The notes: generated by a model not told the origin, from the letters alone. A stretch of DNA of 64,000 nt from Leptospiraceae bacterium (GCA_040217195.1 JAVJNR010000008.1:64001-128000); one strand, 5' to 3'; positions 1-10,197 are shown, counted from the first letter of the stretch. Numbers and translations: made by a program.

Positions 1-185
1 AACTCTTCTCCTTTCATCAGATGCTGCATCACCGGTAGATAAAGGTTCAGATGGCTAAGAATCCAGGCAGGATGATTCATGTTTGCTTCTGGCTGCAAAA
101 TCATCTGTTCATCACTCAAATCTGCCACCAGTTTTGAGCCGTATTCAATAATCTTTGAATGTCCAATTAGAATTACATCAATCAC
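1..185 (-). CDS. DinB-family protein (partial, runs off window edge)
   Basis: Manual translation from GTG at 185: MIDVILIGHSKIIEYGSKLVADLSDEQMILQPEANMNHPAWILSHL...; the LSDEQ and NHPAWxxxHL motifs are typical of DinB/YfiT proteins. Confidence 0.65.
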   Translation of the reverse strand, partial: MIDVILIGHSKIIEYGSKLVADLSDEQMILQPEANMNHPAWILSHLNLYLPVMQHLMKGEE

Positions 186-253
186 CGTGCGATGAAGTCT
201 TCAGTGCCAGAATATGTCAAGAGTAGTCGAAAGAGCACTCACCAAATTTTCCA

Positions 254-1003
254 TTACAGTTTCCCATTCTTTCTTTCAGATATATCTTTTATGAAATAGG
301 GAAGGTACAGAATGCAAAAAAAGACCAGGGCCAGAAGCAACATGAATATTAAATAGTAAGGCCAGGCGGGCAGTGCATCGAGCAGGCTGGCTGAGCCAGG
401 CTTGTAGCAAAGAAAGAAATAATTACCCACTTTATAAGGAGGAAGGAATTGCATCAGATAATTCAACCCTCCGACTATGGGACCGATCACGACCAGAAAA
501 ATCAATGCACGGAGAATGGAAACCGGATGTGGTCTATACTTTTCCGCGGAAATCAGAAATACAACCGCTACCAGAATCAGCCCATGGCTGAGAAATAGCT
601 GAATGAAGCGAAAATGAGGAAATCCATGCTGCAAATATGGTGTGATTAATGCCTGCAGGGAACCTGCAATTCCGGCAAAATACATTATCTCAAATAGAAG
701 ATAGCTCCTGGTCCAGAGCATGATTGCTGAAAGTAGAATACTCAGGCCGCATAGATGCAGGGGCAGGTTTTCTGTGGGATTGAACTGGGTAAATCCTTTG
801 CTTCCCCAGACGGTAATGGCTACCTCGTTGAGCACCAGTAATCCGGCTATGATATGAGCTCCTGTGTTCCGGGTTGCCCTGGATGCATTTCTGAAGAAAA
901 AATAGGTCCAGAGTAATAAAGCCAGCAGGGCAAAAAGTGTTAGCCAGTGGGCCAGGCCAAACATTACGAAACTGGAATGCACCTCATAACTGAAAAATTG
1001 CAT
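254..1003 (-). CDS. YwaF/TIGR02206-family integral membrane protein (TMEM164-like)
   Basis: Multiple TM helices; LPLHLC, ALITP, FxxHG, NYFFL and WPYY motifs. Confidence 0.8.
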   Translation of the reverse strand: MQFFSYEVHSSFVMFGLAHWLTLFALLALLLWTYFFFRNASRATRNTGAHIIAGLLVLNEVAITVWGSKGFTQFNPTENLPLHLCGLSILLSAIMLWTRSYLLFEIMYFAGIAGSLQALITPYLQHGFPHFRFIQLFLSHGLILVAVVFLISAEKYRPHPVSILRALIFLVVIGPIVGGLNYLMQFLPPYKVGNYFFLCYKPGSASLLDALPAWPYYLIFMLLLALVFFCILYLPYFIKDISERKNGKL

Positions 1004-1144
1004 ACTACACCTGTCTGCCAGATAGCACCGAGCGAATGATCCAGAAACGCCGGGGTCTCTAATTATACATCCCCGGGCCTATCATTCAAACCAATTTTGC
1101 TTGAATGGCTTCTCCTTAGTCCCTGGACAATGGTGCTGTGCAGC

Positions 1145-1178
1145 AAAAAAAGGAAAGCCGAGCGATTCCGCCCGGCTT
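1145..1178 (-). terminator. Probable intrinsic terminator of the RRM gene
   Basis: AAGCCG...CGGCTT stem (1155-1178) with an A7 tract at 1145-1151 (U-tract on minus strand), 35 bp past the stop. Confidence 0.6.
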
Positions 1179-1213
1179 CTCTATTCAAAGTTTAAGAATG
1201 TAACGTTAACTGA

Positions 1214-1492
1214 TTACCAGTCTCTGTTTCGGCCACCGCCGCCACCGGCGTTTCGGGGCTGGGCTTCATTCACTCGAATGTTTCGGCCATCAACTTCCTG
1301 ACCGTCGAAAGTAGAGATTGCTTTGATTCCTTCAGATTTGTCAGACATTTCCACGAATCCGAATCCCTTGGATCGACCGGTTTCCCGATCAATAATGATT
1401 TTGGCGCTTACAACATCGCCACAGCTGGAAAAGAGGCTTCTCAGAGAATCCTCGGTTGTTCCATAGTTAAGGTTTCCTACATACAGGTTCAT
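1214..1492 (-). CDS. RRM (RNP-1) RNA-binding protein with Gly-rich tail
   Basis: RNP2 LYVGNL, RNP1 KGFGFVEM, C-terminal GGGGGRNR. Confidence 0.95.
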   Translation of the reverse strand: MNLYVGNLNYGTTEDSLRSLFSSCGDVVSAKIIIDRETGRSKGFGFVEMSDKSEGIKAISTFDGQEVDGRNIRVNEAQPRNAGGGGGRNRDW

Positions 1493-1700
1493 AGTTTGCT
1501 CCAGGCATCATTTTATGGGCTTTCTGCATTAAAAATCCAGTAAGCCGGCAGGGCCCATCCCAGGAGGGAAAGCCAGTCCCTTGCGGGCTGCCTTAAATGA
1601 ATCGAAGTTGTAAGGAATAAAAAACGCGAAGTCAGGACAGAAAAGTCTAGGACGGAGAGAGAAATATTCAACACAAAACCTAATTCATTTAACCGCCGTC

Positions 1701-1728
1701 AATATCTCATCTGGCTTTTTATCGTCAA
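1701..1728 (-). promoter_or_regulatory. Putative sigma70 promoter of the RRM gene
   Basis: Minus strand TTGACG-16 bp-GATATT with TG one base upstream of the -10; implies a 5' UTR of about 200 nt. Confidence 0.4.
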
Positions 1729-1844
1729 CACTTAACGACAAAAATAGAATACAGGCCCGGAAATTTATGCGAATGCATCCCGGGCCGAACCGGCAATACG
1801 GTAACAGGGGCAAAATTTATGCAAATTGCGCTGTGCGAAGTCAA

Positions 1845-2351
1845 TCAGGCGCTACGCCGACTGCTCAGGGCTTCTGCATCCTGCAGGCCTTGCTTCCATT
1901 GTAAGCCCCAGCGAAAGCCGCCCGAATTGCCACCGGCACTAACAGCTCTATGACAGGGGATGATGGCTGCGATCTGATTGGCTCCGCAGGCCTGTCCCAC
2001 GGCTCGAGCAGCCCCTGGACGACCCAGGCTATTGGCTATTTCACCATAGGTTCTGGTCTGACCTGCGGGAATCTTCTGTAACGCAATCCAGACAGATTTC
2101 TGAAAATCGGTACCCTGCAGATCCAGCGGGAAATCTCCGGCCGGAACTAAATGGATTGGATCCAGGACAGGCTCGAATTCCAGGGCTTCCTTTAGATGGG
2201 TTTCTGGAAAAGCGGCTTTCAGTTCTTCCAGGAGTGTCTCCTGATTGGCCCCCAGAAACAATGCGCAGATTCCGCGAGAGGAGCGCCCAACTATGGCCCA
2301 TCCTTTCTGCAGATTTTCGAAATGATACTCTATTGATGTGGTAACGGACAT
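1845..2351 (-). CDS. ogt: Methylated-DNA--protein-cysteine methyltransferase (Ogt/Ada C-terminal type)
   Basis: GTDFQKSVW, TYGEIA, ARAVG and the active-site IPCHR. Confidence 0.9.
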   Translation of the reverse strand: MSVTTSIEYHFENLQKGWAIVGRSSRGICALFLGANQETLLEELKAAFPETHLKEALEFEPVLDPIHLVPAGDFPLDLQGTDFQKSVWIALQKIPAGQTRTYGEIANSLGRPGAARAVGQACGANQIAAIIPCHRAVSAGGNSGGFRWGLQWKQGLQDAEALSSRRSA

Positions 2352-2493
2352 GTTCCCAATATACCTGACTACTGTGACATATTTCCAGCGAAATTCCCGA
2401 TAAATCGGTCAATATTTCCCGGTTTTTAGGAATTGAAGACCTGTATCCGGTAAAAGCCTTGCGGTCTGACTTTTCCAGGATAGAATCCGCTCC

Positions 2494-2760
2494 ATGATTA
2501 AGAAGAGTGTAAGCCTGATAGCAGGAGCCTTGCTTTTTGCGGCAGTATCCTGTGGTGGCGGAAGTGGAAGTGGGGGAGATCCGAAAATTGGAGACTCCTG
2601 TGAAGGAATCAGTGCTGTAGAAGCTCGAATTGCCTGTAGCGAGAACAATATCATCTTTTGTTCTTCCTACACCGATTACGAATACAAACTACAGAGCGAA
2701 TGCGGCGAAGGTCGAACCTGTGAGGTGGCCGCTGACGAAAAGTCTGCTAGCTGCAAATAA
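2494..2760 (+). CDS. Small Cys-rich lipoprotein
   Basis: Signal peptide with lipobox AVSC, Gly/Ser linker, six further Cys. Confidence 0.7.
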   Translation: MIKKSVSLIAGALLFAAVSCGGGSGSGGDPKIGDSCEGISAVEARIACSENNIIFCSSYTDYEYKLQSECGEGRTCEVAADEKSASCK

Positions 2761-2763
2761 GAC

Positions 2764-2798
2764 ACTGCCACCGTGCCAGGGTGCGGTGGCAGTCTTTT
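2764..2798 (+). terminator. Intrinsic terminator between convergent genes
   Basis: Perfect 10-bp inverted repeat ACTGCCACCG/CGGTGGCAGT followed by CTTTT. Confidence 0.75.
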
Positions 2799-2804
2799 GT
2801 GTAT

Positions 2805-4751
2805 TCAGTAATCCCCTTCATTGGGAACCATTCCTGCTGCAGCCGGTTGGAATTCCGGCATGGTTGTTGCTTTGCTGGTAACATTGGGTCGTGCAGCACC
2901 AGCCAGGGAGGATTCTACAGATTGTAACACCGCTCGAATTCTGGACTCCGCCTCTCCCTGAATGTGGCCTGTTTCCAGCTGTTTTTCCAGAAATCTTCTC
3001 AGTCGTGCAGACCGGCCTCTCCAGTTAAAGTCGATGGGATACAAAAGTAATTTTGAATCGCCATGCTCAACTGTCTTGAATCCATGGGACTCTACAAAAG
3101 ACTCCAGGCGATGACCATCCGGCAGTAAAGCAGCCACCTCTGAAATCCTGGGCGGCAAATGCTCTTCGTAGATGGAGCGATCCACAATATCTATGATTCG
3201 TCGCGCAAATTCCATGGTCTCTGCCTGGGCTGCTTTCTCCTTGCGCTGAATGATCCTCTGACGATCCGCTGTATCCCTTTTCTTTTGATTTCTGGTGGAT
3301 AAATTCTCCTGCTCTTCGGAGATTCTTTTCTTTGCTCCCTGAAAGGCAGAGTCAGTAAATCCCCGCAGTCCCAGAAGAAGTAGCAATCGAAAATACCAGG
3401 GGATGCGACTCCAATAGGCTTTTCTCAATAATTGTCCATATGAATCCAGAAACTCAGTATCGTAGAATAAAGAATGCAAAGCGGCTTCATGGCGGTCAAT
3501 CAGTGCGCGAAAGGCAAGAATTTTCCAGTGCTCTTCTGAGTTCGCTGACAGAAGCATTTTTACAAGAGGCGGAAACAATGCCACATCGTTTCTGGTAAGA
3601 ACATTGCATGTGCCATTGCTGCGCTCATACGTTGCATGTAGAAAATCCACCCCGGATACGATTCTTTGCCAGACTTCAGGAGTTATTTCTGCAAGATCTT
3701 CTTCTTCGAAGAATTTTAAGCGCTCGGCCAGCGGTACGTCCGAACCTACAATACTGTTTCGCACCTCTTTGTATTCTCGATCCCGGTCCATCTTCCAGAT
3801 TTCTTCGTAAGCTTTTTCTGCATCTCTATGAAGCCCCAGGATAATTTCCAGAGTCAGGGATCCAGCAATTCGATTCTTACGGTCGATGCCACTCATTAGA
3901 TGCTTTTTTACAGCGCTGGCTTTTTTAAATCCAAAGTCTGCAGTTTTACGTACGAAGCCATCCAGGTAGTAGCTTTCTTCACTGGATTGTATGGATTTTA
4001 TTTCTGAATAGAGCTCTCGCTGACTTCTAAAATGGGGAACCAGGGTCTGGTTCAAGAATTCCTGAGCTATTTCAAATCTGCGAATAAGCTCCTCCGCTCG
4101 CACTGGCATCCAGCCATATTCGACTAGAGGCAATACTATCTTTCGACGAAGCAGCTCCTCTGTAAGGATTTCAGTTGCATGATGGATTAATTCACTGTTT
4201 GGAACAAAATCGAAGTTCGCCGGATCCAGGGCTTGAAGTGGTGAAAAAAGGGTGGAGGTTAGCTTCTCAGGAGGTGGAGGTCTTTCGGACTTAAAATCCA
4301 GTTCGAGATCTTTTAGCATACTCTGCCGATCCAGACCCGGAGAAGTCTTTACATAACTTTCGATGGAATCCACAGATTGCATTAGCAAGTCTTTATAGAG
4401 CTGTTCTGTGGTGAGCCGGGCATCCTCCGGCCTTGCGATGTAGCATGGAATTAGTTTCAATCCATGAGCTGTGGGATCGAACTTAATCAAGAATAGCTGA
4501 GTGATTAGCCTTTCTTTGATCAGTTCTTCCAGAACATCCTGAATTCCGGATTGTCCGTATTCCAGGGTTCCCAGCTGGGGGATGTGATATCCGATATAGA
4601 AATAATTGCCTGATTTCAGCTGATCCGTATGCGAAAACTGGCGAATGGTCTGGAATACTGCATGGGGAATCTTTTCCGATAGGTTCGCTCCCCGGGCCAT
4701 GGCCTCAGCTTCAGTTCTGAGTTGTAAGAATTCTAATTCTTCCATTGGCAT
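2805..4751 (-). CDS. Hypothetical protein (648 aa, largely helical, coiled-coil near C-terminus)
   Basis: Long ORF; no recognisable catalytic motif. Confidence 0.8.
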   Translation of the reverse strand: MPMEELEFLQLRTEAEAMARGANLSEKIPHAVFQTIRQFSHTDQLKSGNYFYIGYHIPQLGTLEYGQSGIQDVLEELIKERLITQLFLIKFDPTAHGLKLIPCYIARPEDARLTTEQLYKDLLMQSVDSIESYVKTSPGLDRQSMLKDLELDFKSERPPPPEKLTSTLFSPLQALDPANFDFVPNSELIHHATEILTEELLRRKIVLPLVEYGWMPVRAEELIRRFEIAQEFLNQTLVPHFRSQRELYSEIKSIQSSEESYYLDGFVRKTADFGFKKASAVKKHLMSGIDRKNRIAGSLTLEIILGLHRDAEKAYEEIWKMDRDREYKEVRNSIVGSDVPLAERLKFFEEEDLAEITPEVWQRIVSGVDFLHATYERSNGTCNVLTRNDVALFPPLVKMLLSANSEEHWKILAFRALIDRHEAALHSLFYDTEFLDSYGQLLRKAYWSRIPWYFRLLLLLGLRGFTDSAFQGAKKRISEEQENLSTRNQKKRDTADRQRIIQRKEKAAQAETMEFARRIIDIVDRSIYEEHLPPRISEVAALLPDGHRLESFVESHGFKTVEHGDSKLLLYPIDFNWRGRSARLRRFLEKQLETGHIQGEAESRIRAVLQSVESSLAGAARPNVTSKATTMPEFQPAAAGMVPNEGDY

Positions 4752-4959
4752 TTAGCCTTCAAATTCGCGGGCCGGGCCCGCTTCGGATCGGTCTGTAGCG
4801 GATTTTTTTCGGGGAAAACTCCAGGGAGGTTCCGCTTTTTATCGTCTATCAAATGGGGAGATGCGTCTTTTTTTAGTACGCTTTATATGATTACCCGCCG
4901 GATGTAGCAAGTGTTATTTTCCCGTTCACTGTGGAGCTGAAAGGCAAAATCCAAAGGAA

Positions 4960-4988
4960 TTGACTTCTTTGTGCCAAAACCGTAGATT
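4960..4988 (+). promoter_or_regulatory. Sigma70 promoter of pepN
   Basis: TTGACT-17 bp-TAGATT, then AGGA RBS before ATG 5006. Confidence 0.65.
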
Positions 4989-5005
4989 TCAGTCAGGAAT
5001 CCTAC

Positions 5006-7768
5006 ATGAATACAGCTTCTGCCCCTGAAAAGACCCAGCCTGAAATGGTACGATTGGCCGATTATAGGCCACCAGCCTTTTCCACCCAGAGGGTAGAGCT
5101 CAGATTTCAAATATTTACAGACCATACCCTGGTCCGCTCCCATGTGAAATATTTCCGTACCGAGGATGGTACGGCAGATGAATTTCTGGTTCTGGATGCC
5201 CAGGATCCCAATCCAGAGACAGGAAAATTTATTCAGCAGATTCAAAGGGATGGAAATGAACTTACGGGTATTGCCTGCCAGGGAGACCCCGGAAACGATC
5301 CTCAAAGCTACTATATTGATTCGAATACGGATAAAATCTATATACCCATGGCCCGGGGTACAGATCAGGTGGAGCTGATTATTGATACCTACCTGGAGCC
5401 GCAGCACAATTCCGCTCTTTCCGGATTCTATAAAAGTGATCGCTGCTTTGTTACTCAGTGCGAATCCGAAGGATTCCGGCGGATTACTCCTTTTCTGGAT
5501 CGTCCGGATGTTATGGCTACCTATGTAGTAACCATTGAAGCCCCGGAAGACCTGTGCCCGACTTTAATTTCGAACGGAAATGAAGTAGAAAAGATACAGC
5601 TGGGCGATGGACGTCATAGGGCCCGCTTTGAAGATCCCTGGCCCAAGCCATCCTATTTATTCGCAACAGCCAATGGCCAGCTGGACTGGATTGAAGATCA
5701 ATTTGAAACAATGGGCGGCCGTATAGTTCGACTGCGTGTGTACACCGATACTTCCAGTGCTGAAAAAGGCTGGCATGCCATGGATGCATTGAAGCGTGCC
5801 ATGAAATGGGATGAGCAGACCTTCGGATGCGAATATGATTTGAACGATTATGGAGTAGTGGCAGTGTCCAGGTTTTCCATGGGTGCTATGGAAAACAAAG
5901 GACTGAATGTATTTCGCGATAGCCTGGTGCTGGCCAGTGCTCAGACGGCCACCGACGATGACTACCAGAACATCATCGATGTCATAGGCCATGAATACTT
6001 TCACAATTATTCCGGTAATCGTATTACCAACCGTAACTGGTTTAACTTAAGCCTGAAGGAAGGTCTTACCGTTAATCGGGAACAGCTATTTACGGCATTC
6101 ACTACTTCATCGGCCATAGAAAGAATTAGTGCTGTTCAGGTACTGCGAAGGGGCCAGTTTCCTGAAGACGATGGGCCCAATTCGCATCCGGTCATGCCTG
6201 CGGAGATTCGGGCTATAGACAACATTTATTCAGCCACAGTCTACATAAAAGGATCGGAAGTCATTCGGATGATGAAAGTAATGATGGGTGAGCAAAAGTT
6301 CATTGAGGGCGTGAAACATTATTTTAGTACTTACGATGGCCAGGCAGTTACCATCGCAGAATTTGTCAGTAGCATGGAGGCTGTATCCGGTCTGGATTTA
6401 TCCGGGCAGTTCAATCTCTGGTACACCCAGTCAGGAAGACCACATGTAAAAGCCAGGGGACAATATGATGCAGATTCCAGAACCTACAGATTGTTTTTGA
6501 GTCAGCATACCGAACCGACTAGAGATCAAGCTGTAAAGAAAGCGATGCTCATTCCGGTGCAGTCGGCTCTGGTATCGCATAACGGAAAAAACATAACTTT
6601 CAGATTGGCTCCGGAGTCCTCTAAAATGGAGGAAGGTGTGCTTATGCTGACGGAAGCGGAGCAGTCCTTTACTTTTTACGATGTCTCTGAAGAGCCGGCC
6701 TTTCACTCCCTGTTGAGGGGCCTTTCGGCTCCCGTGGATCTTGATCCAGGACTCACCGAGGAGCAACTACATCGGCAGCTTCGCAGCGATACTGATGGAT
6801 TCAATCGCTGGGATGCAGGCCAGAAGCTGGCCATAGCGGAAATGGAAAGGCTGTATCGATATGCCAGGGAATCGGGAAGTTTGCCCGAAGTGTCCCGGGC
6901 CTTCCTGGAAAGCATAGCCAGCAACATAGAGGCAGATCTGGAACCCAATCTGAAATCTGTGGCTCTTTCATTACCTGCTATTTCGGAACTGGAGCATCGA
7001 ATCAAGCCAGTGGATCCTCAGATTCTGCAGCGGGTCACCGAGCAGCTTAGGGAGACTCTGGCCAGCGCTCTTCGGTCGAAATGGGAAGAATTGCTCAAAG
7101 AATCTCTGACCAACAATGGACAAGCCTATGAGTTCAACTACACAGGCACCGGTCTGCGTAGATTGAAGCGACTTGCATTACAGTATCTCTGTGAATCCGG
7201 CAACCCGGGCGACCTGGAAAGAGCCAGGCATATATATGAAAAAGCAGATAACATGACCGATAGAACGGCAGTCATGTCTGCTCTTGCGAATCATGCAGGT
7301 ACCGATCGAAAAGCAGTCTATGAGGACTTTTTTCAGAGGTTTAAATCGGATTCGCTTACGATTCAAAAATACTTCGCATACCGGGCCAGCGGTCGATACA
7401 ACGGAGTCATTCAAGAACTGGAGGAATTGCTCAACTCCAGGGAATTCGTCTGGGATATTCCGGGTCATGTTCAGAGCCTGTTTCGAGGCTTCATAGGAAA
7501 CTATGCTCAATTCCATCGACAGGATGGGGCCGGGTATTCATTTCTTGCCAGGGGAATCATTCGCGAAGCCAGAGTGAACGGCACTACAGCGGCAGGCATG
7601 GTGGGACCTCTTGCAAAATGGAAGGACTATGAATCCAGACCTGGAGAAATGATGCTTCAGCAATTGAAAGAGATCAAAGCAAATCTGGATCAAGGGCTGG
7701 CTTCGGGTGAGGTCAAAAAAGTGGATGCATTGCCCATCCTGGACCGGATCGATAGGGCCTTGCCCTGA
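5006..7768 (+). CDS. pepN: Aminopeptidase N (M1 family)
   Basis: TQCE, PWPKPSYLFA, GAMENKGLN, HEYFH-x18-E, YSATVYIKG. Confidence 0.97.
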   Translation: MNTASAPEKTQPEMVRLADYRPPAFSTQRVELRFQIFTDHTLVRSHVKYFRTEDGTADEFLVLDAQDPNPETGKFIQQIQRDGNELTGIACQGDPGNDPQSYYIDSNTDKIYIPMARGTDQVELIIDTYLEPQHNSALSGFYKSDRCFVTQCESEGFRRITPFLDRPDVMATYVVTIEAPEDLCPTLISNGNEVEKIQLGDGRHRARFEDPWPKPSYLFATANGQLDWIEDQFETMGGRIVRLRVYTDTSSAEKGWHAMDALKRAMKWDEQTFGCEYDLNDYGVVAVSRFSMGAMENKGLNVFRDSLVLASAQTATDDDYQNIIDVIGHEYFHNYSGNRITNRNWFNLSLKEGLTVNREQLFTAFTTSSAIERISAVQVLRRGQFPEDDGPNSHPVMPAEIRAIDNIYSATVYIKGSEVIRMMKVMMGEQKFIEGVKHYFSTYDGQAVTIAEFVSSMEAVSGLDLSGQFNLWYTQSGRPHVKARGQYDADSRTYRLFLSQHTEPTRDQAVKKAMLIPVQSALVSHNGKNITFRLAPESSKMEEGVLMLTEAEQSFTFYDVSEEPAFHSLLRGLSAPVDLDPGLTEEQLHRQLRSDTDGFNRWDAGQKLAIAEMERLYRYARESGSLPEVSRAFLESIASNIEADLEPNLKSVALSLPAISELEHRIKPVDPQILQRVTEQLRETLASALRSKWEELLKESLTNNGQAYEFNYTGTGLRRLKRLALQYLCESGNPGDLERARHIYEKADNMTDRTAVMSALANHAGTDRKAVYEDFFQRFKSDSLTIQKYFAYRASGRYNGVIQELEELLNSREFVWDIPGHVQSLFRGFIGNYAQFHRQDGAGYSFLARGIIREARVNGTTAAGMVGPLAKWKDYESRPGEMMLQQLKEIKANLDQGLASGEVKKVDALPILDRIDRALP

Positions 7769-7922
7769 ATCAGAGGCAGATCCGGTGGCAGTCGTTCAAT
7801 GGTCTAAAATGCTACCTATGGGACGGAGTTACGCAAATGAAAGCCGGGGATTGGAAAGTCTGCATCCGCGGATCCTATGACATCTGGAGTGAACACGGAT
7901 CATTCCCGGGCATTTCTTAACT

Positions 7923-8867
7923 CTACTCGGATGGCACGTATACCAGGTTTTCTCTGGAAAGGATTCTGGAACCATCCCAGCGATAGGCCATTAGATGGCC
8001 GCCTCTGGCCACACTGTAATCCAGACAACAAACGTTTGGCGCTTCCAGTTGCGGAGGATATCTTTTCCAGTAATGTCCAAAAAATACCGGACGTTCGTGA
8101 GCCGGATAAGATGGGAATTCATCCAGGGCCGGCATGGTTTTTGTTCGGGATGATGGCGCTGGAATAAACAGATAGTCTTCCGGATTTCGGTTTTGCACTA
8201 TTTCTGATCTCTCTGGATCCATCCACCATTTGATTCTGGCGTTACTTCTGACGTTACCGTCCTTGTCTTTAAAGTGCCAGTCTTCCGGTAATTCGCATTC
8301 CTGTCCCTTTAACAGAGAATCTGAAATAGCAAACTCTCTTGTCCCCTTTTCGGAGGCCAGTCGGAGAAAGCACTCATCTATCACTCCGTCCGGATGGCTT
8401 TTTATTAGTTCCTTTATTAGATTTGTATCCCAGGTTGCATGCACGGCGCAAAATTCCTGGTTTTCAAAGAATAGGGGCAGGCTATAGAACCAGAACAGAT
8501 CATTTTCTAAGTCAGAAGATATATTATCTTCTTCGCATTCATAGCTTTCCAGGGTTCGTAGATGCTGATTTCGATTTTTACTATTTCTCTGTCTCAGGTA
8601 GCCACCACTGTTATGGATCGTATGATACTGTAGGGCATTCCATTCATGGTTTCCCATAATGGCCCTGGCATTTCCGGCCTCCACCATGGAGCGAACCAAT
8701 CTCACCACTCCCCGGCTATCCGGTCCTCGATCTATAAAGTCTCCAAGAAAGAAGGCTTTCCTTGAGCTATGTCGATAACTGCCGTTTTGAAAAGCATAGC
8801 CCAGTTTATCGAGCAGGGATTCAAGTGCCTTCAGGTGACCATGGATGTCTCCAATAATGTCGTACAT
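7923..8867 (-). CDS. Calcineurin-like metallophosphoesterase (ApaH/PPP-like)
   Basis: GDIHG, GDFIDRG, GNHE, GHYW motifs. Confidence 0.9.
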   Translation of the reverse strand: MYDIIGDIHGHLKALESLLDKLGYAFQNGSYRHSSRKAFFLGDFIDRGPDSRGVVRLVRSMVEAGNARAIMGNHEWNALQYHTIHNSGGYLRQRNSKNRNQHLRTLESYECEEDNISSDLENDLFWFYSLPLFFENQEFCAVHATWDTNLIKELIKSHPDGVIDECFLRLASEKGTREFAISDSLLKGQECELPEDWHFKDKDGNVRSNARIKWWMDPERSEIVQNRNPEDYLFIPAPSSRTKTMPALDEFPSYPAHERPVFFGHYWKRYPPQLEAPNVCCLDYSVARGGHLMAYRWDGSRILSRENLVYVPSE

Positions 8868-9015
8868 TCTGACAGATGGCGCCTACAGGGAAGCGAAAGC
8901 ACAAGTAAAAAAGGGACAGCCCGTAAAACCGCTTCTCTTTGAGTTGAGTCAGCCGGAGGGCGAAAGCTACGGTGAAAAAGAGTCGTCAGGTTTCACAGAG
9001 AGTCCAGAATTTTGC

Positions 9016-9978
9016 ATGGAAGGAACTATTAATGCTTACCTTGTGCTTGTCCTGGGAGTTCTGATTGGCCTGTTCTGGTTAAGTCTACTATTGTGGCCTG
9101 CCTGGAATACCCTGAAAAAGTGGAATCAGCTAAAGTCCATTTCTAAACATGGAGTTCCCGTATATGGAGAGATAGCCAGTTCCCAGTATTTGCGGACTCC
9201 TTCGCCGGGCAAACCTGCTCCTATTGAAATCCAGGTGGAATTTAAGAATTTTGCCGGCTCAACGATTCAGCATCAGTTTCGATTTATGGATACACGTCCA
9301 GAGGAGAGACGGTACGAAAAGGGTAAATCGGTTCCATTGAAATGTATGGAAAACCCCCAACCTACGGTGATTCTGGCGGAAGGAAAGGCGGCCTTCAGAC
9401 CCTTGTTCTGGATTATCTGGTTTTCCGTGCTGGCAGGCTCCTGCTACGGCATCTATTTTCTACTGTCCCCTTTTCTTCAAACCGTTGAGGGATGGGACTC
9501 ATTGCTACTTTCCCTGGCAGCAATTGAGGTAATGCCCATGCTAACCGCTCTTGGAATTGGCGCAGTCATAACTCTGGTTGTTATTGGCAGCTTCCTTCGC
9601 TCCTTTTCGGCAGGAAACGGGAATCGTCTTAAATTCTACGGTGTTCTCACGGAGGCAACCATTCAATCCAGAAAAGAAACTGGCGTCTATGTGAATCGCC
9701 AGCCTCAGATAGAGTATCATTACAGATTCAGGGATCGCAATGGAGCAGAGCATAATGGTTCGGATAGAGAAGTGATAAGTCTGCTGGATATTGCTGAGGC
9801 CGGCCAGGTAACGTCCCGGCAGATCATGTACCTGCCGGATTTTCCATCTGTGTCTTCTTTTGTAAGTAACATTACCGAGCCATCAGGAACGCGGATACTA
9901 TTGAAGGTTGTGCTCATTTTTGTTTTTCTAGTCTTCTCTTTTGTGATGGGCGGCAACATTATTTCGCAGTTGCGATGA
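9016..9978 (+). CDS. Membrane protein with two DUF3592-like TM plus beta-domain repeats
   Basis: Two units of TM helix followed by GVxxxGxI...V/YxF; start moved to ATG 9016 to avoid overlap with the divergent gene. Confidence 0.65.
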   Translation: MEGTINAYLVLVLGVLIGLFWLSLLLWPAWNTLKKWNQLKSISKHGVPVYGEIASSQYLRTPSPGKPAPIEIQVEFKNFAGSTIQHQFRFMDTRPEERRYEKGKSVPLKCMENPQPTVILAEGKAAFRPLFWIIWFSVLAGSCYGIYFLLSPFLQTVEGWDSLLLSLAAIEVMPMLTALGIGAVITLVVIGSFLRSFSAGNGNRLKFYGVLTEATIQSRKETGVYVNRQPQIEYHYRFRDRNGAEHNGSDREVISLLDIAEAGQVTSRQIMYLPDFPSVSSFVSNITEPSGTRILLKVVLIFVFLVFSFVMGGNIISQLR

Positions 9979-10168
9979 TAGTCAGGCAGCTTTGAGGTTT
10001 CCGGTTTTATCGCTCATTCCTGGCATTGGAGTAGGAGTTGTGGTCGCGAATGATTCTCATTTCAAAGTTGCTGTGCACCGGTAGGTCTCCAGTACAGAAA
10101 TTGCTTCGCATTCGCAGGCCTGGCGATGGAAAAATCCCAACGTGTTCGCATCGTAATATAACATACGC

Positions 10169-10197
10169 TTGCATACAGAGAGGGGGTATGGTAGTCT
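10169..10197 (+). promoter_or_regulatory. Sigma70 promoter of the sqr operon with an embedded CsoR/CstR-like operator
   Basis: TTGCAT-17 bp-TAGTCT with extended TG; inverted repeat CATAC...GTATG with a G5 tract (10172-10190) overlapping -35 and filling the spacer. Confidence 0.65.

Noticed and set aside
4767..4781. GC palindrome GCGGGCC-G-GGCCCGC upstream of the 648-aa gene
   Set aside because: Single short GC-only palindrome with no U-tract and no second copy; function unsupported
8845..9015. N-terminal extension of the 8845..9978 ORF
   Set aside because: Overlaps the divergent phosphoesterase start; the hydrophobic domain begins after ATG 9016
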